Source of the DNA: Patescibacteria group bacterium
Lineage (GTDB): Bacteria; Patescibacteriota; Patescibacteriia; UBA9934; GWF2-40-263
Length of the DNA: 64,000 nt
Assembly (NCBI GenBank): GCA_004297215.1
Contig: SCUM01000001.1
Coordinates: 678,716 to 742,715, forward strand
Reading direction: 5' to 3'
Positions 8,682 through 17,958 of the stretch are shown piece by piece. How positions within the stretch are numbered: position 1 is the first letter of the stretch; the number at the start of each line of letters is the position of its first letter. The notes under the pieces were generated by a model, which saw only the letters and a program-made list of their open reading frames with translations, searched no databases and had not been told where the DNA came from. Both the position numbers and the translations under genes were made by a program.

Positions 8682-9242
8682 ATGAGCACCAACGCAAGTA
8701 AAAACCAATCGCAAAAATGCCCGCACTGCGGAGCATTGATGCGCGAATACTGGCACCGGCTCACACCTGGGCTAGTTTCGGCGCTGGTGAAACTTCATCG
8801 GGCAGTCCGTTACTACAACCGGAACCGCATACACATCCACGACGACATGAAGATCGGCGCACGGCCTGACTTCCGCCTGACTGACAACGAATGGACAAAC
8901 TTCACCAAGCTGCGCTTCCACGCGCTCGCAGCAAAGATCGACGATGAAAGCAGCCACTCCGGCTTCTGGCTGATAACGCGGAGAGGCGCGCAATTCCTGC
9001 GCGGACTGACGGCCGTGCCCCAGCGAGTGAAGACGTACCGGAACCGCGTGATTGACCACGACGAAAAGCTGGTGACGATCCGCGACTACCAGCGAAAAGT
9101 CACATGGTTTGAGCGCGAGTTCGACTACGACATCGCTATGCCGGAGACAAAGGTCGAGCTGCCGGCGCTGATGCCAATCTCCCTCGGCGTTGTCTACCGC
9201 TTCGAGATGGCAAGAGAACCGCAGCGACAGCTGTTCGCATAA
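8682..9242 (+). CDS. Hypothetical phage protein (N-terminal CPHCG)
   Basis: Operonic ORF with tATG start. Confidence 0.7.
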   Translation: MSTNASKNQSQKCPHCGALMREYWHRLTPGLVSALVKLHRAVRYYNRNRIHIHDDMKIGARPDFRLTDNEWTNFTKLRFHALAAKIDDESSHSGFWLITRRGAQFLRGLTAVPQRVKTYRNRVIDHDEKLVTIRDYQRKVTWFEREFDYDIAMPETKVELPALMPISLGVVYRFEMAREPQRQLFA

Positions 9243-9246
9243 AGTT

Positions 9247-10041
9247 ATGGACAACGAAAAACCCACAAACGAATACGGACACGAAAAACCCACTGAACTG
9301 CAGATGGCCGATTTCCTCATGAACCGAGGAATCGACTCAATGGAAAAACTGCAGGAGCTTTTTGAGCCGCATTACTTTGTGGTAATTCCGATCGAAATTC
9401 TGGAGCGGAAGGACTTGAGCCCGAACGGCAAGCTGCTCTACGGAGAAATCTCCGCGCTCACAAAAAGGCACGGCTACTGTATCGCCACCGACAAGTATCT
9501 CGGCCAGCGGCTGTGCATCAAGCAGCGCACCATCCGGAAGCTGATGCTGGAGCTGGAGTCGAAAGAACTGATAATACGCGACACAAATAAGAGCGCCAAA
9601 GGAACATACCGCAGGATTTACCTGACATGGAGATGCCCACCCGTAGGCAAAAATATGCCTACCCCTAGGCATAAAGAGTCCCACCAGGAAGGCATGAATG
9701 TTCCTACCAAAAGAGAAATAGACAAAGAGAAATTAAAAAAAGAATCAGAGAGTGTTGTCGCGGACTTCGAAAAATTCTGGCATGCCTATCCGAACAAAAA
9801 AGCAAAGAAGCTGGCGCTGCAGAAATGGATGCACATCAGCCCTTCGCCCGAGCTAGCCGAGAAAATTATGAAAGCCATCGAGGCGGCCAAAAAGACCGAC
9901 CAATGGAAGCGCGACAAAGGTCGATACATCCCGCATCCGGCAACTTACCTGAATCAAGAGCGCTGGGAGGACGAGCTGAAAGCCGACAGCCCCAAGACAG
10001 GCGCAGGCAAATTTGAAAGCATAAAAAGCACAAAAGTATGA
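9247..10041 (+). CDS. Phage replication initiator (HTH plus C-terminal F..FW..YP.K domain)
   Basis: LSPNGKLLYGEI..L..GYC wHTH; FEKFWHAYPNKKAKK.A...IPHPATYLNQERWEDE; followed by a DnaC-like gene. Confidence 0.85.
   Translation: MDNEKPTNEYGHEKPTELQMADFLMNRGIDSMEKLQELFEPHYFVVIPIEILERKDLSPNGKLLYGEISALTKRHGYCIATDKYLGQRLCIKQRTIRKLMLELESKELIIRDTNKSAKGTYRRIYLTWRCPPVGKNMPTPRHKESHQEGMNVPTKREIDKEKLKKESESVVADFEKFWHAYPNKKAKKLALQKWMHISPSPELAEKIMKAIEAAKKTDQWKRDKGRYIPHPATYLNQERWEDELKADSPKTGAGKFESIKSTKV
9622..9750 (+). repeat. Iterons plus A-rich tract: probable phage replication origin inside the initiator gene
   Basis: Four 20-nt repeats at 9622, 9644, 9666 and 9689 (e.g. TAGGCAAAAATATGCCTACC, TAGGCATAAAGAGTCCCACC), spaced 22/22/23, then an A-rich stretch; lambda O-like layout. 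Confidence 0.75.
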
Positions 10042-10574
10042 AAACACCAGCACGATACGAAAAAGCAAACTGGGAAGAGGTGCCGGCCAAAATCCAGCAG
10101 GCATTTGAGTCAATGCTTAAAGGCGGAAAAGGCATCTACCTCCACGGAGGCGTGGGCACCGGCAAGACGCACATCTGCTTTGCCCTGAAAAAACACTACG
10201 AGGTGCCTCAAAGCTGGCGCTACCTGACTCTCTGGAATGTGGTCGACCTTATCCACGAAATCCGTGCTGATATCGACCGCCACTACCTCGACAAGAGGCG
10301 AGCCGAGGACGATCTGACCAATCCCGAAAACCGGCGCATCCTGATCCTCGATGACATTGGGGCCGAGAGGGCGACGGACTTTGTGGCAGAAACGCTCTAC
10401 CGGATCATCAATCATCGCTACATTCACCAGCTGCCCACAATTTTCACCAGCAACTGCAACACGCAGGAACTTGCTGAAAAAATCGGAGAGCGCAGCACCT
10501 CGCGCATCGTAGAAATGTGCGACATTTACGAGCTGACCGGCAGCGACCGGCGAATAGCCGGCAACTCCCAATAA
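10038..10574 (+). CDS. DnaC/IstB-like helicase loader ATPase
   Basis: GIYLHGGVGTGKTH, ILILDDIGAE, IINHRY...PTIFTSN, R..SRI.EM. Confidence 0.93.
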   Translation: MKTPARYEKANWEEVPAKIQQAFESMLKGGKGIYLHGGVGTGKTHICFALKKHYEVPQSWRYLTLWNVVDLIHEIRADIDRHYLDKRRAEDDLTNPENRRILILDDIGAERATDFVAETLYRIINHRYIHQLPTIFTSNCNTQELAEKIGERSTSRIVEMCDIYELTGSDRRIAGNSQ

Positions 10575-10593
10575 GTCCCAATTTTGAAGCCCT

Positions 10594-11031
10594 ATGAAGA
10601 TTGCATTCACCATCAAAGGAAATCAGGAAGACCCGCACGGCAACCCACTGCCGAAGATTAAAAAGACGCGGAATTCATACTGGACGAAAGAAGCCCAGCG
10701 CTATGCCGCGTGGAAGCGCTATGTGCAGATGCAATTCATAGGCGCTGTCCGGACGCAGGCAGGCCCCGACGAATGGAACAAGGCAAAGCGCCGGATTGCC
10801 TGCGGAGAAAAGCCGATAGCTCTTCCCCAAGGCGCAAAGGCCTCAATGCGCCTCAAAATTCTATGGAAAAACAGAGCACACGCCGATCCGGAGAATGTCT
10901 TCGGCTCAATCGCAGACGCGCTGTTCCAAAACGACAAGAATCTGGCCGGCAGCTTCGACTTTGAGCCGGCCGGCGACGGAATCGGGCGCGTAGAAGCAGA
11001 AATAGCCGTTTTAGAACCACATCAAAAATGA
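10594..11031 (+). CDS. RusA-like Holliday junction resolvase
   Basis: ADPENVFGSIADALFQNDK resembles the RusA D.DN..K...DAL...DD motif; position after the replication genes. Confidence 0.65.
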   Translation: MKIAFTIKGNQEDPHGNPLPKIKKTRNSYWTKEAQRYAAWKRYVQMQFIGAVRTQAGPDEWNKAKRRIACGEKPIALPQGAKASMRLKILWKNRAHADPENVFGSIADALFQNDKNLAGSFDFEPAGDGIGRVEAEIAVLEPHQK

Positions 11032-11171
11032 TATAATTACATCAGACAAGATACACATCCGCGCACGCATCCCTCTCTTCTGGTCGATATGCCCGCGGCC
11101 TATCCCTTACGGGAATTCGGGCATAGGGAGGGAGTCGCGCGCGGAGGTGCAAGCAGTCAAAACCGGCACAT

Positions 11172-12209
11172 ATGTCAAAACAATGGAAAAAATTTGATGC
11201 GCTCCCGAATTACTTCGGAGGCAAGCGCAGAATCATACGGGATATTTTCAAGCGCGTCACCAAGCCAGACGGCGTATTTGTTGATGCATTCCTCGGCGGA
11301 GGATCGGTAAGCATGTGGGCGAAAGCAAAGGGCTACCGCGTTGTATGCAATGACATCGCCGAGCGCTCCTACGCCATCGGCAAGGCGCTCGTAGAAAACA
11401 GCAGAATAAAAATCGCCGACGAGGACGTGGCGCTCCTTTTTCAAAAAACTGAAAACAGCGGCTTTATAGAAAAAAACTATGTGCCGAAAATCATGGTGCG
11501 CAAGACCGCGCAGTTTCTCGACAACGCGTTCGCATCGCTTCGGGCAAACTTCGAGCCGGGCTCGATGCGCTTCTACCTGATGCGCCTGCTTCTCATGAAA
11601 TACGTTGCCGGCACGCGCCAATTCGCAAAATACACGCACACTCGGGACACGATGGACTTGGATGCCGGCAAATTTGAATACCCATTCCGCTCAAAAAGCC
11701 ACGCCTCGCACAATCTGCAGATGATAAGCCATCCTCTGCCGTATCTGCTCAAGCTGAAGGAGCTTATAAACCGAGGCGTTTTTGATAACCACCTGCAGAA
11801 CGAAGTGCACAAGCTCGACGTATTTGAATTTCTGAAAAAAACAAAAGGCGACATCGCATACTTTGACCCGCCCTACCCCGACTCAAGCTCCTACGAAACA
11901 GAATACTACGTCCTCGACTGCATGATTGCCGGAGAAAAAATAGAAAAAGACGACAGCGTGTTCAGCCGGAAAGACGCGCAGGAATTTCTTGACCGAATGT
12001 TTGCATCCGCACTCCACATTCCGCACTGGATTGTGTCTTTAGGCCAGACCAATCCCGACCGAGGCATCAGCCCCGAGGAGCTGCTGGAGATGGTACGCAA
12101 ATACCGGAAAGCCGACGTGGAAGTGCTGGAGCACCGCTGGTCAATCTCCAACATCGTCGGCAAAAAGCAGACAGAGGGCAATGTTGAATACATCGTTTAC
12201 ACCATATGA
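11172..12209 (+). CDS. DNA adenine methyltransferase (D12/FokI-like class)
   Basis: NYFGGKRR, DAFLGGGSVS, ND, and YFDPPY catalytic motif. Confidence 0.9.
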   Translation: MSKQWKKFDALPNYFGGKRRIIRDIFKRVTKPDGVFVDAFLGGGSVSMWAKAKGYRVVCNDIAERSYAIGKALVENSRIKIADEDVALLFQKTENSGFIEKNYVPKIMVRKTAQFLDNAFASLRANFEPGSMRFYLMRLLLMKYVAGTRQFAKYTHTRDTMDLDAGKFEYPFRSKSHASHNLQMISHPLPYLLKLKELINRGVFDNHLQNEVHKLDVFEFLKKTKGDIAYFDPPYPDSSSYETEYYVLDCMIAGEKIEKDDSVFSRKDAQEFLDRMFASALHIPHWIVSLGQTNPDRGISPEELLEMVRKYRKADVEVLEHRWSISNIVGKKQTEGNVEYIVYTI

Positions 12210-12973
12210 AAAAACAAGGAAAAGAACTCAAGACAGAAATCGTTCCGATCGGCTCATGCAAGCCGAACCCGTGGAATCCAAACCGGATGAACCGGAAGGA
12301 ATTTGAGGCGCTCAAGCTGTCCGTTAAAGAGCACGGCCAAACCAAGCCGATTCAAGTCCGCCGGCACGGCAAAGGCATGCAGATACTCGGCGGATTCCAC
12401 ACATGGTCGGCAATGAAAGAGCTCGGCCTCGAGACAATCGCCGTGAACATCCACGAGCTCAATGACGACGATGCGCAGATTTACTCGCTGCAGGACAACA
12501 TCGGCGGGCAGGACGACCTGCTCAAGCTCGGCATGCTCGTCTATGAGCTGACGAAGCGCGGTCACACTATCGAGAAAATCGCCAAAGTGTACGGACAGGA
12601 AGAAGAAACGCTGAAAGACGCGCTCAAAGTGGCCGAAGAAGAGGCAAACGAGCAGCTGAAAAAACTAAAAGAAGAAGTGGAGCGCCCGCATTTAGTCGAG
12701 GTGAGCTTTATCGTGGATGAAGACCCGAAAGAGCGCATCGCGCAGTTTGTGAAAGACGTCGCCGAATTCGCAAAATCACGCGGCGCGAATGTTGTTGAGA
12801 CGAAAGAAAAAATAAATCCAAAGCGCGTGACCATTTCGCTGATTACGTTCAGCGTCACTGCACCGCAGGCGACGGTAATCAATGAGGCCATTGACTCGCT
12901 GGCGAAAAGCGAGAAAGCAACGCGATCGAGAGCGCTGGAGCTTATCTGCGCCGACTGGCTGGCAGGAAAATAA
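12206..12973 (+). CDS. ParB/Srx N-terminal domain protein
   Basis: KPNPWNPN...L..SV..HG...PI.V...ILGGFHTW.A; lies between MTase and terminase. Confidence 0.85.
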   Translation: MKKQGKELKTEIVPIGSCKPNPWNPNRMNRKEFEALKLSVKEHGQTKPIQVRRHGKGMQILGGFHTWSAMKELGLETIAVNIHELNDDDAQIYSLQDNIGGQDDLLKLGMLVYELTKRGHTIEKIAKVYGQEEETLKDALKVAEEEANEQLKKLKEEVERPHLVEVSFIVDEDPKERIAQFVKDVAEFAKSRGANVVETKEKINPKRVTISLITFSVTAPQATVINEAIDSLAKSEKATRSRALELICADWLAGK

Positions 12974-12978
12974 ACACT

Positions 12979-13431
12979 ATGGCAAAGCGCGACAAAAACA
13001 GCAAAGCATGCCGGGACGCCGTCCGCCTCAAGTATGAAGGCGTGCCTTATGCTGACATCGCAAAACAGACGCGCGTGCCGAAAACCACCATCGACAACTG
13101 GTTCGAGAAGAACGGACTTCTTCACAATGCCTATGAAGAATATGCGCTCGAGATGGACGCGCTCATCAGAAAAGAAAATCTTGCTGACATCCGGCGCGGA
13201 GCACAGACCGCAATCAAAATGCTCACCGCGCTCATGGGAAGCAAAAGCGACTTCGTAAAACTAAATGCTGCAAACAGCCTGCTTGACCGCTGGCTCGGGA
13301 AGGCAAAGCAGCCGATCGAGCTTCCGCCTGATCCTACTGATCCTGACGATATGAGCTACGAGCAACGGCTGGCGCTTTTTGAAAAAACCTATGGAAAACC
13401 GCCTGCCAACAATTCAGACAAGCGAAAGTAA
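12979..13431 (+). CDS. Terminase small subunit (probable)
   Basis: N-terminal HTH (YADIAKQTRVPKTTIDNW), LLDRWLGKAKQPIE; overlaps the large subunit start. Confidence 0.75.
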   Translation: MAKRDKNSKACRDAVRLKYEGVPYADIAKQTRVPKTTIDNWFEKNGLLHNAYEEYALEMDALIRKENLADIRRGAQTAIKMLTALMGSKSDFVKLNAANSLLDRWLGKAKQPIELPPDPTDPDDMSYEQRLALFEKTYGKPPANNSDKRK

Positions 13432-15091
13432 GATCAGCGCTCTGCGCGAAGTGTACGGATGGTACCAGGACGAGCCGAGATCATTCATAGAGCACAACCT
13501 CCTGATCAAGACAAAATCGGGGGAGCTGAAACCGCTCGCATTCAACTCTCCGCAGCTGATCATTTACGGAGTCATCCAGCGCATCAAACAGGAGGGCAAG
13601 CCGATCCGTATCATTGTGCCGAAAGCGCGGCGAGAAGGCGTCTCGACGCTGGCCGAAGCGCTTATTTTTCACCGGACGGTGCGGAAGCGAAACACACACT
13701 CGCTGGTTATTGCGCATGATCCGGAAACAACAGACGAAATCTTTTCAATGTCCAAGCTCTTCTACGACGGCCTGCCGAGAAAAGAAAAACCGCTCGTCCG
13801 GTACAACAATAAAAAGCAGCTGGTCTTTGAGAATCCCGATCCAAAAACGCGCATTGAAGAGCCGGGCATCCGGTCGAAGATGACCATTGCAACTGCCGAC
13901 AAAGTAAAGATCGGCCGAGGCCTCAACATTCACTGCTTTCACGCCTCCGAGGTGGCGTTTTGGAAAGACGCAAAGACGCTGATGCTCGCGGCACTGCAGG
14001 CAGTCCCCGACCTGCCCGACACCATAGTGATTGTTGAGAGCACCGCAAACGGCGTTGCCGGAACCGGCAAATACTTCTACGACTTTGTGCAGGAAGCGCT
14101 GGAGAATAAAAACGATTTTCAGGTGATATTTCTTCCGTGGTTTCTTATGCCGGAATACGAGCGCGCATTTGCCAGCAGAGAAGAAAAAGAAAAGTTTGCG
14201 AGGTCGCTTGATGCGTACGAAAAATGGCTGCCGACCGAGATGGCCAAATACGGAATCTCCGATCCGGACGCAATACTTGAAAAGCTGAACTGGCGCAGAT
14301 GGGCTATCCCGAACAAAGCCGGTGGGTCCGCCGAGGATTTCAAGCAGGAGTATCCGGCAACACTGCAGGAGGCATTCATTGCATCGACAAATGCAGTCAT
14401 CCCGAAAGAGCTGATAGAGGCGCAGCGAAAATTCATCCGGAAACCCCTTCCTGTCCAGGCATTTGCCGAAAACAGAAAGGCACTCGCGCTTACCGATGCA
14501 GGCGTGGAGATTTACGAGCTTCCTCAAAAAGGCCACTTCTACTCTCTCGGCGCGGACAGCGCAGAAGGCGAAGGAGGAGACGACGGCGCTCTCACAGTAT
14601 TCAGCCGAAGAACCGGACGCGAAGTGGCGTCATTCGCCAGTGACCGCCTTCCGCCGGAAGAACTGGCAAAGCTTGCTCTCAACCTCGCGATGTATTTCAA
14701 CAATGCGCTGATTGTGCCGGAAATAAATCATCCGGGGCCGGCGATGCTTGCCGTCTTCAAAAAATCCGGGTACCCGAACATCTACCGGCGCGAAGTAATC
14801 GATAAAATAACCAATGCAAAGACCCGCAAGCTCGGCTGGCGCACTAACTCCCTCACCAAGCCGATGATGGTACAGGACTTCAAGCAAGGCATGCGCGAAG
14901 AGGAGATCGGACTTTCATGCGAATCCACGGTCAACCAAATGCTCACATTTATAAGAACCGATGAGCGTGGCCTGCACGGCATGGGAGCGGAAAACGGCGA
15001 CGGCGCCCCAAAGGAAAACCGCAACAAGGACGACCGGCTAATATCCGCAATGCTTGCGTGGCAGGGCATGAAGGAGCTTCCAGCCAGATAA
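13391..15091 (+). CDS. Terminase large subunit
   Basis: PKARREGVST Walker A-like, HASEVAFW, ESTANG, GAD.AEG and DDRLIS nuclease motifs. Confidence 0.95.
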   Translation: MENRLPTIQTSESKISALREVYGWYQDEPRSFIEHNLLIKTKSGELKPLAFNSPQLIIYGVIQRIKQEGKPIRIIVPKARREGVSTLAEALIFHRTVRKRNTHSLVIAHDPETTDEIFSMSKLFYDGLPRKEKPLVRYNNKKQLVFENPDPKTRIEEPGIRSKMTIATADKVKIGRGLNIHCFHASEVAFWKDAKTLMLAALQAVPDLPDTIVIVESTANGVAGTGKYFYDFVQEALENKNDFQVIFLPWFLMPEYERAFASREEKEKFARSLDAYEKWLPTEMAKYGISDPDAILEKLNWRRWAIPNKAGGSAEDFKQEYPATLQEAFIASTNAVIPKELIEAQRKFIRKPLPVQAFAENRKALALTDAGVEIYELPQKGHFYSLGADSAEGEGGDDGALTVFSRRTGREVASFASDRLPPEELAKLALNLAMYFNNALIVPEINHPGPAMLAVFKKSGYPNIYRREVIDKITNAKTRKLGWRTNSLTKPMMVQDFKQGMREEEIGLSCESTVNQMLTFIRTDERGLHGMGAENGDGAPKENRNKDDRLISAMLAWQGMKELPAR

Positions 15092-15171
15092 ACCTTTATG
15101 CTTGTCCACATCAAAAATGATGTGATATAATCAAACTAACCATACGTCGTAGAAGTCCCCCTAAAATTTCT

Positions 15172-17070
15172 ATGGCGTCACAACAAGAGCTTGAAAAATT
15201 CAGAACTGAATACGACGAGGCGGTAAAGAACGCCCGCTACTACTTTCACCCAGAGTACGACAAAGCTTACAAACTTTTTGAGTCGTACACCGGAGACCGC
15301 GCCGAGGAACTGGAGCAGCTGACCAGCGGAGAAGTGTGGCAAAGCAATGTATTCATGCCGTACGTCTTCGGCTACATAAAAGCGTATTTGCAAAAGACAG
15401 TCGGCGTCATGCCGGACTTGCGCGTGCAGGGCACGCACGGCGAAGCACTGAAAGAAGTGCTCGAGCTTCTATGGGAATACCGCATGAGCGAAGATCAGAT
15501 CGACTACTTCCTGCAGTGTCTTATTTTCGGCCACACTATCGGCAAGGACTTCCTCAAAAAAGAGGCCGTCAGAACGGTCGAGAAAAAAATCGGACTTATT
15601 GAAAAAGTTAAAAAGCTGTTCCGCAGACAGAAAACAGCCGGCTTTGTGTTTTGGCCTGATTTTGATCCGGTCGATGTCTACAATTTTTTCCGACATGTGC
15701 GCATGCGCAAGCTCTCCGATCCGCTTCCGGTATTCCAGCGCTACGTGATCACGCTTGATGAAGCCAAGGCGCAATACCCCGATGTCCCTGACAGCGCATG
15801 GGCTCGTTTTGTGGATAAAGACGGCAAGCCTCTCTCCGGCATGGGCGACACAACTGACTTCGCCTACGTGCGCAAAGAAGTGCTGCTTGAAATCCGCAAG
15901 AGCATCCGGCACACCACCAAAGCATCGCGCCAGTTCGGCGACGCCAATCCGGGCGTAAACTCCGAGCCGAAATCAAGCGACGTTCTCTTTGAAATCGTCG
16001 AACGCTGGATGGATGACCGCATGACGGTCTTCTGCCCGGGCGGAGGCGTCACCGGCGCGCTCGAAATCAAGGACGGCGCAAACCCGCACGACCACAGCGA
16101 AAAGCCGTTCCGGAAGGTGACGTTCTTCCCTCGCCCGTTCCAATTTGAAGGCATGGGAATGCCAAAGCTCCTCATGCACATGCAGGAGCTCGTGAACTCC
16201 GACACCAATAAAATCGAAGATGCTGTGACAGTGCGCATTAACGGCATGATCGCAGCTGCGCCTGTTGCGCTTCCGGGCTATGACCAGCGCAAGAGCATTG
16301 TTGTCCGGCCGATGGGCATTCTCTGGACGAACGATCCGGCATCGGTGCGCGAAATCCGCTTCGGCGACGTGAATCAGGGGAATTTTGTGCAGATCGACCG
16401 CATCAAGGAAATGATGCGCTTTGTCGCCGGCATCGACGACTACTCAACCCTTCAGGGCTCAAACGGCAAAGAAACTGCGACGGTCGCATCATTCATGCGC
16501 GAAGCAACGCTCGAGGGCGTCAAACTCTTCCTCTTCATGCTTCGAAACGCCTACATCGGCCACTTCGACCACTTTATTTCCATGATAAAGCAGCACTGGA
16601 CGCGCCGGTCTGTCGTGCCGAAGCGCATTCTCGCCGCGCTCGATGACTATACTGACACCGACTTCCCTGTGCTCGAGGAAGGCTGGATCGGTCAGGACGG
16701 CAAGCATGCCCTCTTCCCCGATGAATATGAGCTGTCCGTCGAGCAGGCATCAACGCTGGCCACTTCAACCGAACTCCGCAAGCAGAAAGACCTCGAACTC
16801 TGGGAAAAAATCAAAGATATGCCGGACGATATCGCCGATCCGGAAACCGGCAAAGTGTTCTCCATCAAGAAATTCAAAATACTGGCGCGCATCTTCGAAG
16901 ATTACGGATGGGAGGAAGATCAGTACATCGTGGAAAAGACAGCCCCTGTGCTTCCGGCTCCTTTGCCGGGCTCGACACCTCCCGCAGAAGGCATCACTCC
17001 GCCCGCACCAACCATTCCGCTTCCCGGGCAGGAAGCGGGAGCCAATCTGGGCGGTGCCGTGAGGCAGTAG
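15172..17070 (+). CDS. Portal protein (P22/SU10-like)
   Basis: 632 aa directly after the terminase; KPF......RP..F.G.G, ETAT motif, Pro-rich tail. Confidence 0.8.
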   Translation: MASQQELEKFRTEYDEAVKNARYYFHPEYDKAYKLFESYTGDRAEELEQLTSGEVWQSNVFMPYVFGYIKAYLQKTVGVMPDLRVQGTHGEALKEVLELLWEYRMSEDQIDYFLQCLIFGHTIGKDFLKKEAVRTVEKKIGLIEKVKKLFRRQKTAGFVFWPDFDPVDVYNFFRHVRMRKLSDPLPVFQRYVITLDEAKAQYPDVPDSAWARFVDKDGKPLSGMGDTTDFAYVRKEVLLEIRKSIRHTTKASRQFGDANPGVNSEPKSSDVLFEIVERWMDDRMTVFCPGGGVTGALEIKDGANPHDHSEKPFRKVTFFPRPFQFEGMGMPKLLMHMQELVNSDTNKIEDAVTVRINGMIAAAPVALPGYDQRKSIVVRPMGILWTNDPASVREIRFGDVNQGNFVQIDRIKEMMRFVAGIDDYSTLQGSNGKETATVASFMREATLEGVKLFLFMLRNAYIGHFDHFISMIKQHWTRRSVVPKRILAALDDYTDTDFPVLEEGWIGQDGKHALFPDEYELSVEQASTLATSTELRKQKDLELWEKIKDMPDDIADPETGKVFSIKKFKILARIFEDYGWEEDQYIVEKTAPVLPAPLPGSTPPAEGITPPAPTIPLPGQEAGANLGGAVRQ

Positions 17071-17129
17071 TCCACAGTTAGGGCCATTGTGGACTACATC
17101 AAAGTTGTATATAATTACATCATAAAGAT

Positions 17130-17456
17130 ATGGCAGAACTTAAACCAACAAAAGGCAAGCCGGCAACGGCAGTCGAAGCTCCAAGCAAGCCGAAACGCGA
17201 GCTTCCGCGCGTGACATTTACCGCCGAGGATATTCCGGAAATAAAAAGCTGGAGCGTCGGCGGAAAATACCGCCTCGAAATGGAAGTCGAGCAGGTGGCA
17301 GCCGAAAAAGACCGCTACGGCTACGACGAGGGAAAGAATCAGCCCCTTACCGCAACATTCAAAGTCACGGCCGTCAAAGCCGTGAGCAAATCAGAAAAAG
17401 AAAGCAACCCGGGCTCCAAAAAGAACCGCCGGAATCCGAATGAACTCGGCTACTAA
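17130..17456 (+). CDS. Hypothetical head-module protein
   Basis: Follows its own TATAAT promoter; IPEIKSWSVGGKYRL motif. Confidence 0.7.
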   Translation: MAELKPTKGKPATAVEAPSKPKRELPRVTFTAEDIPEIKSWSVGGKYRLEMEVEQVAAEKDRYGYDEGKNQPLTATFKVTAVKAVSKSEKESNPGSKKNRRNPNELGY

Positions 17457-17460
17457 AATT

Positions 17461-17733
17461 ATGAACGCTGACGCAAACAAAAAAATTGAAGAGCTTTCAC
17501 AGGAAGATGCGCGCGCAATCGCCGATCTTGCCGAAAGCAAATACTTCCTTCCGCTCAAGCATCTCCTCGAAGCGCTGGATGCCGGCGCGACTACGCAGCT
17601 CAAAGACCACAAGAAACCGGATGCCGAGCTGCGCAAATGGCAGGGCGTCTGCGAAGGACTGGCCAACGTGACGCTCTGGATCGAGGCAATCGCAAAACAG
17701 GTCAAGAGCGGAAATAAAACCGGAGGCATATGA
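17461..17733 (+). CDS. Small protein between portal and scaffold
   Basis: About 90 aa helical protein with 'RKWQG', typical of podoviral post-portal genes. Confidence 0.65.
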   Translation: MNADANKKIEELSQEDARAIADLAESKYFLPLKHLLEALDAGATTQLKDHKKPDAELRKWQGVCEGLANVTLWIEAIAKQVKSGNKTGGI

Positions 17734-17958
17734 CATACACCTAACACAATCGAACACAAAGAAGCCCCCTAACTTCTTATCAGCAATTGGCCGGCTCAGC
17801 TGACCGGCTAATCGCGGGGTTCTTAGGGGGACTTCTTACGCGATTGCAGGTCAGCCGAGCTGGTCAAAATACCAGCTCGGTTTGTTTGCGGACTACGCAG
17901 GAGCATCTAGGCCATGACCCTGAACGTAATACTCCGCCAACCGCAGTTCAAAACTCAT

